From Lepidodermella squamata (taxonomy: Eukaryota > Animalia > Gastrotricha): a DNA stretch of 64,000 bases. The notes under the pieces are model-generated. The model was not told the DNA's origin. It saw nothing but the letters and a program-made list of their open reading frames with translations, and ran no database searches. The stretch covers positions 3,038,001 through 3,102,000 of the forward strand of contig JBLDXI010000013.1 in NCBI GenBank assembly GCA_047495785.1, given 5' to 3'. The translations under genes were made by a program, and so were the position numbers. Positions 37,018-49,905 of the stretch are shown here, piece after piece (the first letter of the stretch is position 1; every line of letters starts with the position of its first letter).

Positions 37018-38053
37018 GTTCAGTGTGTTAGCCGTTTTCACATTTTTTATCGTTGCCGTATTAGTCCTGTGCCTATGGGCGAACGGGAAATGCTACAAAA
37101 GGTTCGATTGTTTTTCAGTCTATCAATAAATTCAAATATTTGTTGATTTTAGAAACAAAAAAGCTAGCAGGTGTTGTCCTCACATCGACAGCCCAGCTTC
37201 GTCCGTTGTGTTTAACTTCAATCAGCAGGAGGAGCAAAATCTCGAAGATTACGACGACCTGTTAGAAGCTGGAAACGGCCATGTTGAACCTTCGATAGAG
37301 GTCGTAGCCGTTTCGCAGGCTCCTGGGCGGAGGGATAGGCGAGAATCTCTGGTCGATACAGCGTTAAAATTGGTGTCACGCCGGCATACAGAATCTAGCA
37401 TGCAAAAAGGCCCGAATCACCACCACCACCACCATCACCATCACCCTCGTCAAAATAGCGCGAGAAAAGCTAGCCTATCAATAGCTGAAGCTGTGCAGGA
37501 GGGTTCGAGTGAGACTGAAGGTTCGACAGATTCCGATCTGGCCCAGGCAACTTTCGGAATAGATTCCCTCAAGGGTAAGAAGGAGTATGCGAAATTTGTC
37601 AAGGAGAGAATGGCGCGACTTCAGAGTCAACAGCCGGCTGTTGACAAAGAAAGCCCGGCGGGCAGCGCGTCACGCATGAATGCGGACGCCCTTGCTCATC
37701 TTCAACAGCAACAACGGAGTAAGGACGAACCCAGCTCATCTTCGCTGACCTATCAAAGTCCTAGGACGTCGAGATCGGGAGGAGATTCTAGGCCTAGGTC
37801 ACGTGTTTCAACACTGGAACGGGCAAGTAGTGAGCATCCATCCGTTAATTCGACGAAAATCGGCCGTTTCACTATTAAGCCGTCATCGTCTAGCTTGAGT
37901 CCGTCGCCTAATATCGGTGGCGAGAAAAGCGAGCCAATTCTACGCCCGGCCAGTTCCAGTACGCTGCAAATAAATTTCGAGCGGCGAACCCATTCGAATT
38001 CAAGCAGCGTGAAAGATGCGGATGAGAAAATACCTCTCTATAAAGCGTTATAA
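37018..38053 (+). CDS. Single-pass membrane protein with His-tract, Ser/Arg-rich cytoplasmic tail (last two exons ~37018-37101, 37153-38053)
   Basis: TM FSVLAVFTFFIVAVLVLCLW splices in frame to the 281-aa ORF with a His9 run; upstream exons not resolved. Confidence 0.6.
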
Positions 38054-39196
38054 AATTCCGATTTTATTTGTTCAAAATTTCAATTAAGCTCCGGTTTTAC
38101 TGTTCAAATTGTTGTATTCTATATTTTTGTATCACCTAATACACACCGTCAATGCTCCGCGGAAAAATTGTATCGCCTAGTTTTGTCAACCCTGACCTGA
38201 TGCTGTAATCTTAAAATCTGACAAATTTTACGGAACCTGGGCGCCTTTGTATAATACCTCTTAGAAATTATTTGTGAACCGAGATTTTTTGTATACATTT
38301 TATCAAAATAATAAAGAGCTGAGAGAGCAAAAACGAGGTGATAATTACATGACAGCCGTGCGAAAATCCTCTTGTTCTGATGAAAAAAGTTGTACACTAT
38401 TTGAGCAAAAACGAAAATTGCGCAAGGGCAGCTGCGAGAAAACGACGAAAGAGCAGATAAAGGATAATTTATAACCACCTTGGCTCTAACATACCTTATT
38501 ACCTAGTTTTTTTAGGTTCATAAATGTGATGCAAAATAGTTTAAAAAGTGGGTTAGAAATCATGTTCCGCCTTATTGAAAATAAAAAAAATAGAAACCGA
38601 CGATAATCGGCCGAATCTATGCACGCTTACTAGGACCATCGATGCGTAACTTCGATGAAAAATACAAATAATGAAACCTCAACAACGGCGAGAACGAGCC
38701 CCTTGGCAACCGTTGCTATGTTTTAGCGTGCAGTTTAGTTTTTTCAATTCAGCTGCGATTCAGTTTAACTCATCACAACTGCGTCCACTTTTTCGCTCTA
38801 ATTTCGTTGCTCTAGTGTGATAATCATAATGATTAATGATAATCTCTAGTGTAATTTCTAGTGTACAACGAAACAACTTACATGGTCAGAATCTTCAGTT
38901 TTTGCTGTCCGATCCAAGTTATTTTCTTGGAATAGGACGTAGCCAAAATGGGCCAGCCACCTCATTTTAACACAGATATTATTTTTAGGCTAAATTTCAA
39001 TTACCTAGATAACATTGTCAAATGTCATTTAAACTATAGCTATAGGGCAGCCAAGCTTCCAGGCGAGGTTTGCGCACGCCATCGGTAACCTGCCTTACAG
39101 ACACTTGCTTTTGTTAAATAAAAGCCTATTGTGAAGGTTGGCGAGAAATTTCGCATGCCATGTGGCGTATTTGAAATATTTGCAGCCGCTTAAACA

Positions 39197-42100
39197 ATGG
39201 AACTTGGCTTGATTGGAGCTTTTACTGTGTTAATTTGGCTTTGTCCATATACTCATTCCAGAAAAGCCAATGTGATCAATTATTCGGATCGACTGAACAT
39301 AACGCTTGTACAGAAGGATGATACCACTGAAAAGCCCACGATCGAGGAATTGATGCGCTCGTCACCGAATAACAACCTCACCCTAATCGGAAGCGAACAA
39401 CAGCCGGATGGCGAGCGATTACTCAGGTTCAGTCTCGTCATTAGCGGCTATGAATTGTCTGGTTACGATCTCGTGTTCGCGGAAGACCAAACAGAAGCGA
39501 TAAAATACGCATTGAGTGGTAAAATACTGGACGACATTCCTCGGTTTGACGAATTAGCCAATCGAACAATCGAATTATCGCAGAAAATCAGCAGCCATGC
39601 AGGCAACAGCGCTTGTTCGGCGGGACTTGCCGAACAATACAACTACACGCAGGTATTAACTTCCGTGATATTGGATTCTAACAGAATTGAACTGATAAAT
39701 CGTGAATTTAACAGGGAATAGCGGATGAATTTTTATGGAATTTTTCAAGGCGAAATTTGCATCTTCAAAAGGACAATACGATGACAATGTACGAAAATTT
39801 CTACATCATCAACGAGCTCGACGAAGCACAAAGATACCGTATGATTTTTGCAGCGTTGTTAACGGAATGAATTATTACCGTAGGGACGGGCAATTTTGGA
39901 CAAAACCATATTTTTCAAGGATTAAACATCAGTCCTAGTTCAGAAACTAATGATTTTTTTGGTAAAAAGATGTGTAATTTGAGCCCTGATTTATCGATAT
40001 AATTCGGTGATTTTAAGATTTTTACCTGATTTTTGATTTTCGGCCATCAAAAACATTAATGGCTGGAGTTGGAGAATTAGCGGGCAATTCTGCACCAGAA
40101 AAAAATATCACCCTAATTTATCTACCGAAAGCATGAATTTAGTTTCTGAATTCTGGATTTGTTCTGGTGTGGACATCACATTTGCACACCGAATGACTTT
40201 GTGAATTTTCTGTCTAAAATTACCCGAAATTTCCCGATTTTCACCTGAACTTCAGGTGAATGCCTGCAACAACCAAGAGTATAACCATGCCAATTTTCAA
40301 CCCGGAATGATTATTATTTGAAGATATTAGGGGGTCTCAAATCTGCACTTGAGTTGCCTTGCGTATTACATTTCTTAAAATCAAGTATTGTTCCAATCCC
40401 ACCGAGACTTTTGCCATCCGAAAGCTCAAGACACGGGGGATTTTATGCAACAATCACTTATCGTACGGCGTTACAAAGCTATTCACCTACAAAGCCGAAA
40501 TGTCCAGAATTACCCCGTCCAAATGTATCCTGAACTCTACAATACTCTCCATCCTTATTCTTTATAAATAGTCTGCGTGTACGACGTATTTAACAACACC
40601 GTGTTACTAATAACATCAACTTCGACTTACGCTGTCAACGCTACAGGTGGCAATAGAAGAATCGGCAAGAGGAAAGTGAAACTGGATCTTACCGATAGGC
40701 TTACTGAACTTGATGAATGCATAGTTGAACACGCCAAGGGATATTTCAACATCTACGATATGCAGGGCAGTACTTCAAGTATCAACAGTAAGCAATTGAC
40801 CTATCCATGTGGTGCTCTTGTGGAGGATGAGGTAACTTCGTCATGATCCTATTAATGGCTCTTAATTCTAGTTATTTATGAAATAGGTGAATGGCGGTTA
40901 CGGCATTGCAGCAGATTGCATCGACTACGCTATTCAAACACAAAAATGTCTGGCAAAGCATGGTAAGAACGAATAACCAAACTCATCAGAACTGTTTTAT
41001 TAACAAAAGCTTCTCAGCGGATTTAAATGATTTCGGTTACATCACGAATGGTAAACCGTTGCGAATTCATATCAATTACGGTAGCATGCGAGCAATGGCT
41101 TTCTGGAACGAGAACGGGGTTTTCTTTGGTAATATTATATTCCTAATAACTAATGACTAATGTGCTAAAATTTTCGAAATAAGGCAACGGAGACGTATCA
41201 AACGAATATCCATCTTGCTCAAGCATCGACTCTGTTTCCCACGAAATCGGTCACGCCTTGACTAATCGCTTCTCCGGGCTATACTACTCCGGCGAAATGG
41301 GATGCATTAATGAAGGTACAAGTTAGATGGCAATGTGAAGTAAATCGTTACTTACTGTACTTTCAATCAGCCTTTAGCGACATCACTGCCATGATGGTTC
41401 GCGCTTGCGTCCGAGGTTCAACTGATTGGCTGTTCGACATCGATGCGCAGAAGGTTCGGGATGCTGCGAGCCGCAATCTTATTCGGAATATGAAAAAGCC
41501 GACGTCAGATGCGCAGCAAATAAAGAAGTACAGCGAGTACAGGCCGAAGATGGACGTGCACATCTGCAGCGGGATCTTCAATCACGCTTTCTACTTGTTG
41601 TCTCAAAAACGAGGCTGGAATATTTACGAGGCTTACAAAGTTTTCTACGGCGGAAACAGATTTTACTGGGAACCAAGTTTCTCTATGACGATGGCAGAAG
41701 GTTTATGCGGAATCCTAAACTATGCTATCAGCCAAGGGATGGAATCTAAAAAAGTCGAAGACATTGAAGACGCATTCCGCAGAGTCGGAGTAGTTATCAA
41801 CGGAACCAAATGCGATATTTCGGACGATTCGGAGAGCAATCCTGGAGCTGTATTCCAGCTTAACAACTGCGTTACTCAAGAAAATATCGAGGGAGATAGC
41901 GATGAAATGTATCAATTTCTTTTCGAAGTGAAGCGAAAGCCTGGTAAACCGGCTCCGTCGAAGCTTATCATTTCATTACGAGTACCTGTTAGTAGAATAG
42001 ATGACGGATCATTGTCGTTGGATGGCGGTGGTTCCGATTGTAATGACGAGAATGGTGATGATGAATATGACGGGAATGACGAAGACGATATGGAAGAAGA

Positions 42101-42368
42101 TGATGATTGTATCGACAAAGACCTAATGACGGTTGATCTACTCATATATTATGGCTTCAAGAACATTACTCAAGGCAATGTCACCATCGACTACGGCGAA
42201 TTCGACGCAGTTCTAGAGCATCAGTCAGAATCTGTACAACTCGTCATTGAATGCCCACCCGTTGGCACATACACTATTAATGTTGCGTCTTCGACCTCTT
42301 ACAACGAAGTGTCATTGAATGCCTGTTATTTGACCTCAGAGACAGATGTTTGCGGGGCGAAGGCTTGA
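39197..42368 (+). CDS. Secreted M4-family (thermolysin-type, LasB/vibriolysin-like) zinc metalloprotease with C-terminal PPC-like domain, at least 7 exons
   Basis: Signal peptide; ATGGNRRIGK, VNGGY, HINYG...AFWN, HEIGH (41240-41254), GCINE|AFSD split by an intron, DVHICSGIFNHAFYLL, GWNIYEAYKVFYGGNRFYW, AFRRVGV - colinear with Pseudomonas LasB. Confidence 0.9.
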
Positions 42369-42403
42369 TGTTGTGCTAATAAGTTTAAGCGTCTGCTCCC
42401 CGA

Positions 42404-42603
42404 ATCCACTATCTTGAAATAAATAAACTTTTTTCCTTCCATTGTCGTGATTCGTTATATAAAGAATATAGAAAGGAATTTTTCAAATATTCGACAATTT
42501 ATTTCAAGATAGTGGATATCTTGAAATAAATTGTCGAATATTTGAAAAATTCCTTTCTATATTCTTTATATAACGAATCACGACAATGGAAGGAAAAAAG
42601 TTT
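42404..42603. repeat. Perfect 87-bp-arm palindrome (42425-42511 / 42517-42603, 5-nt loop) just 3' of the M4 gene
   Basis: Arms are exact reverse complements; 42404-42424 is also the reverse complement of 42497-42517. Confidence 0.9.
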
Positions 42604-43306
42604 GTTAGTAATATAAGTGGTTCGCTATTAGCCGAGTTCAACTATTTTTATTGATCAACTTCGAAACAATCGAGTGCAGCATACTTTCGTGACCAGTGGA
42701 TTAGGAAAGTTAGGAAAGTGTATTTTAGGATCCTCGAGGTGGGTGTAAGCTGGGTATTTTCAGCTCCGAATTTATCTAACCAAAGGTTTTCATGCCGGGA
42801 CCTCTCGAGGTGGGGGGTACGCTACCCCCAGTAATTCGCACACTGCTATTGCTGGTATGTGAAAGACTTGAGTTTGGGAACATCGAAGTTATCAATGGTG
42901 TGTAAGTTCTAGAATCAGACGCGATAAATATTTATGACGCGTATTGCTGTTCTGAGCGTTACAGCACGTGCTTTGATTTTTTCATTCACTGCCGGGAAAA
43001 CCCTTATTAAGACGTCTTCACGAATATTTGAACTGAAGCTTGAGACTCAGCTGTATTTTTTACCTCTCCAACTGTTTAGCTTGTCTTCAGTTCTCCTGGT
43101 ATCACATGTTGACGAATTTCCAAGTCATAGCTCAATAAAAATTGAGATGAATCTGATAAATCAAAAGCTATGATGTGTAGTACACATTTATTCCGTGAAT
43201 GAAAATTACAACCAGAAAAAAATATTATTATCAATTTTAACACCTCTGCAGGGCGTCAAAAAGCCGCGCAATTGAGACGGTGACGCACGAGTTGTTTATT
43301 ATTATT

Positions 43307-43639
43307 TCAAGCTAGTCTCGATAAATTACTAGCCTCATGAATGGCATAGGCGGCGCCTAAGAAAAGTACCATCAGGGCGAGGAGAGGCCAAGTGGTGGCG
43401 CATAGAATAATGAACACGTTGAGACAGCACGAGTGGTTGCCGGTGTTATCAGCCGGCGCGTGCATGCCATTCGCCGAAATTTGCACCAACGACGCGCCGC
43501 TTGGAGGGGGCACCATCCACGGCGGATCGATGACAGTCGTCCTAGAGAGAGCGGCGTCTACCAGCCTTGCGTAGCTGGGGGGTTTGCCTGTCACGGCGAT
43601 TACAACGGTATAGGATGGTGGCGGCTCGGAACGTTCCAT
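43307..43639 (-). CDS. Small membrane protein (110 aa) with two PPSY motifs and Cys-preceded TM segment(s)
   Basis: PPPSY and KPPSY at the N-terminus; hydrophobic CCLNVFIILCATTWPLLALMVLFLGAAYAI. Confidence 0.6.
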   Translation of the reverse strand: MERSEPPPSYTVVIAVTGKPPSYARLVDAALSRTTVIDPPWMVPPPSGASLVQISANGMHAPADNTGNHSCCLNVFIILCATTWPLLALMVLFLGAAYAIHEASNLSRLA

Positions 43640-44963
43640 AACAGTGGCTCATCTGAAAGTGATATTCCAAGCTATCAAAATAATAATCAGAAAATTGTAT
43701 TAACCAACCAGAATTATATCAACAATTCCTTTAGACTTATTAATATTTTGGCTTGTTTATCTCGAATTCTTGGCCAGACGCTATGCATTTTTTTTAATGA
43801 TCGCGCGCTTTGTTAACGATTTTTTGCGCCACAAAAAAATTAAGGCGGCTTTTTTACTTTATTGATGGTGCCTAATTTTGGTGTGATTCACAGCTTGAGT
43901 ATACTAATAAAATACTTGACTAAAATGCATTTATTTCTCATTTTAAATACAATTTAAAATTCAGGCATTTACTGAATCGAAATCGAGGCAGATTTTAAAA
44001 GATCACCAGTTTGATACACTCGAAATCTTCGATCTTCGACCTTCTCCCGTGAGTAGTAAATTATGCCTGTGAACTTTACAATCAGCTGAGCGTAATTTAA
44101 AAGAACCTTTGAAGAAAATATTTGGATCTCACACTGCGCTTCATCGGTCATGATATTCAAGTTCACCGTATAATTTCGCACCTGCTTTAATTTTTAACTC
44201 GTAACCAAGAATTCTCAAATTTAAATTTTCTCCCAATTATTTTTATTTTAATCCATAATTATTTCATTAAAACCCTCATAACAGCAAATATTTCAAAACA
44301 GCGAACGCGACCAAACAGCGAAATATTACTATATGCAAAAGATGCATTTGTGTTTTTCCTTTTGTCGCAAATAAAGATCGCAAATCGCAAATTTTGTCGC
44401 TTTCGCTGTTCGGCGTTTTTGCTGTTTTATCGCCGTGTCTAATTAATTAGCGCATTAACCGTAAAAATTAAGTTTATAGGATATGGATCATGAATGCTAA
44501 TAGACAATTCGCTGTACTCAATCAACCGAAACCTGTCCCAACCATGGTCCCAACTGGATAAGTCGACTGAAGCTTTTCAGACCAGCCTCTTGCCTAGAAT
44601 ATTTGATCCTCGAATCTGTCGCGAATCCTTTTGGCCTGCCCTTATTATTTGATTCAATCTGCTTGTGTGTTTTTGCAGCCTCTCTATGTCCCATTCACCC
44701 GTCTAGGCCTTTCATAGTATGGCCTTTCTGCCTTGACGACGCTTCGTGAGCGTTTTATTTTACCTAGATAAAAAAACGAATGCATTGCGCCGTAGTAAAC
44801 AAGCGCTATTCTAAGAAAATGACAGACTTTTCGCCCCTTAAATATATATATAAGGAGATCCTTAATTTTTGGCGAAACCCATCCCAAGTTTTAACCTAAT
44901 AGCAATCAAACTTAACTCGATTGTGCTATAGATGACTTTTCAAGTTTTTATAAGTATTTAAAT

Positions 44964-46667
44964 ATGGCAAGCGTAAGTAGCAGTACCAAACACAAGATCA
45001 CAATTAACGATGTCAAAAAACCGATTTTCGCGAGACCTCCACCTAAGCTCCGCCCACCGCCTAAGCCAAGTCGTGTTTTTTTCACGCCACCCACTGACAT
45101 GCGAATCGAACCCGCCACAGCCTACGTGACCTATTCGCAGCCACAAACGCCCAATAACTACCAAATCAGGGTTGATCAAAAGCAATCGAAATCTCGAAAG
45201 ACCAGCCTGCAGATAAATAGTCAAAACAAAAGCTTCGTACCGATTGTCAACCAGTTTCGAAGCTTGTCCTTGACTAATGCTGGGGAGGAGGGCGCGGTGA
45301 ATCAAGCTGCTATTGATTCTTTGATCAGGAAAAGATTAGCCCTACAAACATCGACTAATCCAACTCTGACGACGAACAATCTAGGAATTGCTAGGCCGGG
45401 TAAATTACTCGATCTTCTGATTTCCACTGCACCCCGGAAGGATAAACATAGTTATATCCTAACTGTGGAAGGGTTGAGGAAGACGCAACCTGAGACAACC
45501 CCAGCCCCGGCCGAGGATCAAGAGGTGTTGGTTGAAGAGAGTCAAAGGCCAGAACCGCCAGTTGAAAATCGAGGGCGTCGAAGGTGGAGTGTAAGCGCGG
45601 CTTTGCAAGAAACGGCAATACCCGAGGAGAATGAAGAATTTGCGCCGAGTTCTGAAGCTCCAAATCGGAACAACGACTCGCAACCGGCTAGAATTCGCAA
45701 TCAAGAAGCGACCCTTGAACAGGAAATCGACATGCGGCCGCTTATCAAGGCCTATTCGTTTCCTAACCTTGAGTTTAACTTTGATTCAAAACCCGTTAAA
45801 GAAACTCGACCTAAATCAGCTTCGATTGGGGATTCGGAGAAATTGTTTCCTTTGAATGAGGTTAGGAAACATGCGCCGTTACCTCGAATTTTACGAGACT
45901 GGTTACTTGAGCGCGATTTGCCATTGCTGAGCGCGATGACTGGCGGCGATTCCGGTTGGGCGACCCTTGCGACTGGTGAGAATTTCTTGAATGGAACTTC
46001 GCACACTTTGGTCGAAGATCGGCAAGACCAGCCCGAAAAAGAAGCCGTGGAAGGAGAACAAACCGAAGTTCCGGAAACAGCCAAAAGTGACTACACGATT
46101 TTCCTGAGCTATTTCAAGGGCTCGGAAGATAATTTGGGTGAAAAGCTAGCGGCGACCCTTCAAAATTACTACAACGTGGAAACAAGCAATGTGGAAGGTG
46201 AAAATTCGGTAAATCTTGGAATTTTTAAATCTTAGCGGAGGTTCCCATAAACCTTATCGGGACCTTTTCATTCATTCATTCAAACTTTTTCATTTTCTTA
46301 TTATGAAATTTTGAGATTCTTCAAATGCTTTCAGATTTATTTGGGTGTGATTTGCTACAACAAGGCCTATCAAGAATCTGAACAAGGTGAACGTGAAGCT
46401 ATGAAGTTGGCCGAACTCGGTGTTCCTATCCTCTTCGTCAACCTCGACCTCTACTTCGAACCAAGCGACTGTTGGCTGATGGACTTCATTCAGAGCCAAT
46501 CTGCTATAGACGAAAACATGTTCACAATGATATTAACCGATGAATCTTTCGACATCGATTTTGACGTGCTACTACAGGAAATTCGATCGCGGTTGGCTAC
46601 GTTGGAGCAGCAGGCTGCTTTAAACGATTCAGCTAGCGAGACGAATTCAGCCCAGCATGATGACTAA
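44964..46667 (+). CDS. Protein with disordered N-half and C-terminal TIR-like domain (exons 44964-46208, 46335-46667)
   Basis: DYTIFLSY...LAATL, VICYNKAYQESEQGEREA...GVPILFVNLD..FEP...WL resembles TIR_2 boxes; phase-0 intron in frame. Confidence 0.55.
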
Positions 46668-47293
46668 TTTTAAACGATTAACCTAATTTTATTGAATTTG
46701 CGTTGAAATATCACACTTTCTGTGCTGTTTGGAAATACAACTGGTTGATAAGGTGCTTGCCGCTTTTCGAGCGTAAATAGCACAATTTAATCTTTGCTAC
46801 ATTTGCAGCAGGAAGCGCTAACAGAGGGTAATGTTAATGGCGTGCAACATCAACCTGTTACCACCCAGCCTCAGCAGGTGTTAGCGGGTGGATAGGGTGA
46901 TATTCCCTATCCATAAATTATGTTGTCAAGCTTTCCTATTAAGGTTCAAAAGGATTTTCCTTATGTGGCCGTGTGACCTATTTATTCTAACCATTGGGTG
47001 CGCAGTAAAAGGCGCCGTAAGGGCTGGAAAAATGTGAAAACTTTGGTATGAAAGCACTGGCACCTCTGCTAATCAATTATTCCCGTCAAAAAAATGGAAA
47101 GACCTGCGTCGAAAACACCAGCCATCGGTTCCCGTGATAGGCAAAATCTTACGTTTGGCTGCAATATCTGCTGACATCAATCAGCGAATTGCGCACCAGT
47201 GTCTAGCCGCTAGACGTTATCGATTTTCCAACAAAAATGCAACATCGAAGATCTCAGATTCAGTTAACCGAAATCTTACACGTAAAAGACAAC

Positions 47294-49310
47294 ATGAAGT
47301 CAGCATTAGCTTTACTGGCGTTGTTTCCGTTGATCAAGGTTTTGCATGCAACGGGCGATTATTTTATGCCAGCGAATTGCGGTCGGAATTACCGACTGGC
47401 GGCCGCCGATTCGTTCCAACAAATTGCGAACATTGACGTCCAACGATGCGCTGACCTGTGTGACAGAACTGCCAATAATATGTGTCGATCATTCGCGTTT
47501 TACCCAGCTAATGCAACCCAGGCATCTCTTTGCTGGCTGTACTATGGGCATGCTAACGAGCTGTGGGACGGCATGGAATATCAGCCAGGGTGGTACTACT
47601 ACCATTTGGTAATCTAAAAGAAGAATTATAACCTTTTTGTCAAATCTGTAAATCTGTTTTAGCCTCGACTCGGTGAACCTTCACCCTGCAAAGCCAATAC
47701 ATTCCATGGTTCATTTCCATGTCATTAAGTTTCTTTATCCCTTTATTTCTTCGATTGTCTGTAGATTGCACAACGGTGGCCAAGTTAGGGCGCGGTCCTG
47801 GAACCTACAATTTTCAAGTCGACGTTGGAGGGAAGCCCTTCAGAACTGAATGCGTCTACAGGAAACCCGACAGCGCGGTTACAGTTCGGCTCGGGTATTT
47901 TAACGAAAGAACAAATTGATGCCTTGATTTATTTAACTTTTTCTCAAGGACAAACATCGGTACTTCTGACTGTGAGCAAAAATCATCAAGTCAATAAGAA
48001 ACTAATTTCTTTTGCGTTAAACAGTGTCGATGGTTTTCTTCAACAGAATGGGTTAGTTTGAATGCCAGAGTTCCCCAATTTATCAATAATGCTACTCCAT
48101 TCTACTCCATTATAGCAATTCAAGACCTAGATTTCTCTGGAATGAAATGGCAGGACTATAAATGGGGTACGAAAGCAGATTTAATGAAACTGAAATTGAT
48201 AATTTACCTGCTCTGCAAGGATTTGCCTCGAATACTAATGCGACCAAGTGGATTGGCCTAGAATTCGCTAGCGGTTTAACATCAGGAGGTTTGACAAATT
48301 CTTTTGGGTTCAAGTCTGTATGCCAATGTAAAATTGCCCAGATTTCGCGCTGTCAGTAGCTGCTACGCAAACCTGGTGCATCCAATTGCAGCGAATCGGA
48401 TCAATAGCCCAACTCGTTCTGAAGAATGAGTCAAGTGTGGCGAACTGTGCCGTCTTTACGCATCGGCAGGGCCGGTTGATGGTTGTAGGAAGGTCGACTT
48501 GTGTCTGCAAGGATCCGACCAGTGACCGTCTCATTCTCTGCGGCTGCAACACACCTGGAATCAAAAAGGTATCACAAATGCTTCAAATCCAGCTTGAATG
48601 AAATGTTGAATGTGATTGATGTTTCACAGTTCCAATTTGACAGTGGGAGCTCAGCTGTTATCGAAACATCAGAGCCGCCGATGAGCAAAGAGACTTTGTA
48701 TTGGACTTATACTGGATCATTGGCGACAAACTTGGCACTTCAAGCTCAGCCTCCAGCTACATCTTCATTCAAAACTTGGGCCAAAAACACAAGTGGGACT
48801 ATTTATTTAAAATAGCTCTTTTCACTTTTCACCTTTCTTAGATCGCTGGTCGATAGTGTTTTTCGTGAAAACAACTACCATGTACCAAACCATATCATAT
48901 CGGGGAGCCGCCATCGGCAACGAAGCAAATGGATACAAAATCTGCATTACGACATATGGCTCGGTGCGTTTTTATTCGGGTGTTTTGACTGTGATTAGCC
49001 TAATCTTCTTTAGGTTTCATCTTGCGGAGGGGGTTTTATTACTGGCGATTTTCATTACAATGTCAACTTTATCACGTCAGACAATCCTAATGGTTCGATA
49101 TTATACGGAGGGGCTGGCTGGATTCAAAGCTCATTCCTCAGTACTGGCCCTCAAAGCACCGGCAGCCTAACGGCGACAAAGTATAAACCGATTTCCATGT
49201 CTAGTAGAGTCGCTAAAGTTTTAATATTTTTTTGCAGTGCCACTGCTTTTCGATACCGGACGGGCGAGACAGCGACAGAAGCCATAGTTTTGCTCTACGC
49301 TATGCCGTGA
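47294..49310 (+). CDS. Secreted PAN/apple + fibrinogen-related-domain-like protein, copy 1 (many short exons)
   Basis: Signal peptide; PAN motif CADLCDRTANNMCRSFAFY...CWLY; FReD-like C...G.GPGTY...PF.TEC, DFSGMKWQDYKWGF, KWIGLEFASGLT; ends LLYAMP* at 49310. Confidence 0.7.
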
Positions 49311-49348
49311 TCGATCTTGCTCACTTGTTACGCTGCGCGAATTCGACC

Positions 49349-49593
49349 CATGCTGTCGGCAGCGTCATCGGTGCCCATATTGCAAGCCGAAAATCCGCAA
49401 CGACTGTCACGTTTATTTTTAATTGTTTATTAAATATATTATATTAAATAATAATATTGTTAATCGGAATACAATGAAAATATTAAATAGCAACCCCTTC
49501 AACGTTCAACGTTGCTAGGGGGCTCGGATGTGGTTTTCCCTAAAGCGGCAGCTGCTTCTAACCACTTGACGTCGTTATTCGCGCGCCAATCTG
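49349..49593 (+). repeat. Left terminal inverted repeat (245 bp)
   Basis: catgctgtcggcagcgtcatcggtgccc...cgtcgttattcgcgcgccaatctg is the reverse complement of 58539-58781. Confidence 0.95.
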
Positions 49594-49905
49594 CCCGTGT
49601 TGGATTTGAGACTGCCCTAATATGTTGTTGATAGCAAACACTTAGAAACTTTGTCCCTTATGGTGCTTCTTGGTGCTTGCTTGCGATGTCTCATATAATT
49701 GTCGGAGATATAGGTTAGCTCGAGGGTAGAACGCAAACCGCATTTTAAGTAACTGATGTTTGATTACATGCCAGCTATTTACGACTTCCTTGGTGCTGTT
49801 AGATTTTATTGCGTCTATCACTTTAAGGCAACGCTTGGTTTTTTAGTTTATACTCACCGGCTTGCAATTTTAATCTCACCTGAAAGTCCGCTTTGTCATT
49901 ATTAG

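Noticed and set aside
39735-39938. Furin site RARR in the M4 propeptide (ORF 39735-39938)
   Set aside because: Splice phase puts this exon in a different frame (GIADEFLWNF...), so RARR is not in the protein.
39197-42368. Bacterial contamination as the source of the M4 and DODA genes
   Set aside because: Both have spliceosomal introns, and the M4 gene contains a host dispersed repeat in an intron.
49349-49400. RSS-like heptamer/nonamer in the TIR, or a RAG2-like partner gene
   Set aside because: The end reads CATGCTG, not CACAGTG; no nonamer at 12/23 spacing; none of the cargo genes looks like a kelch/PHD protein.
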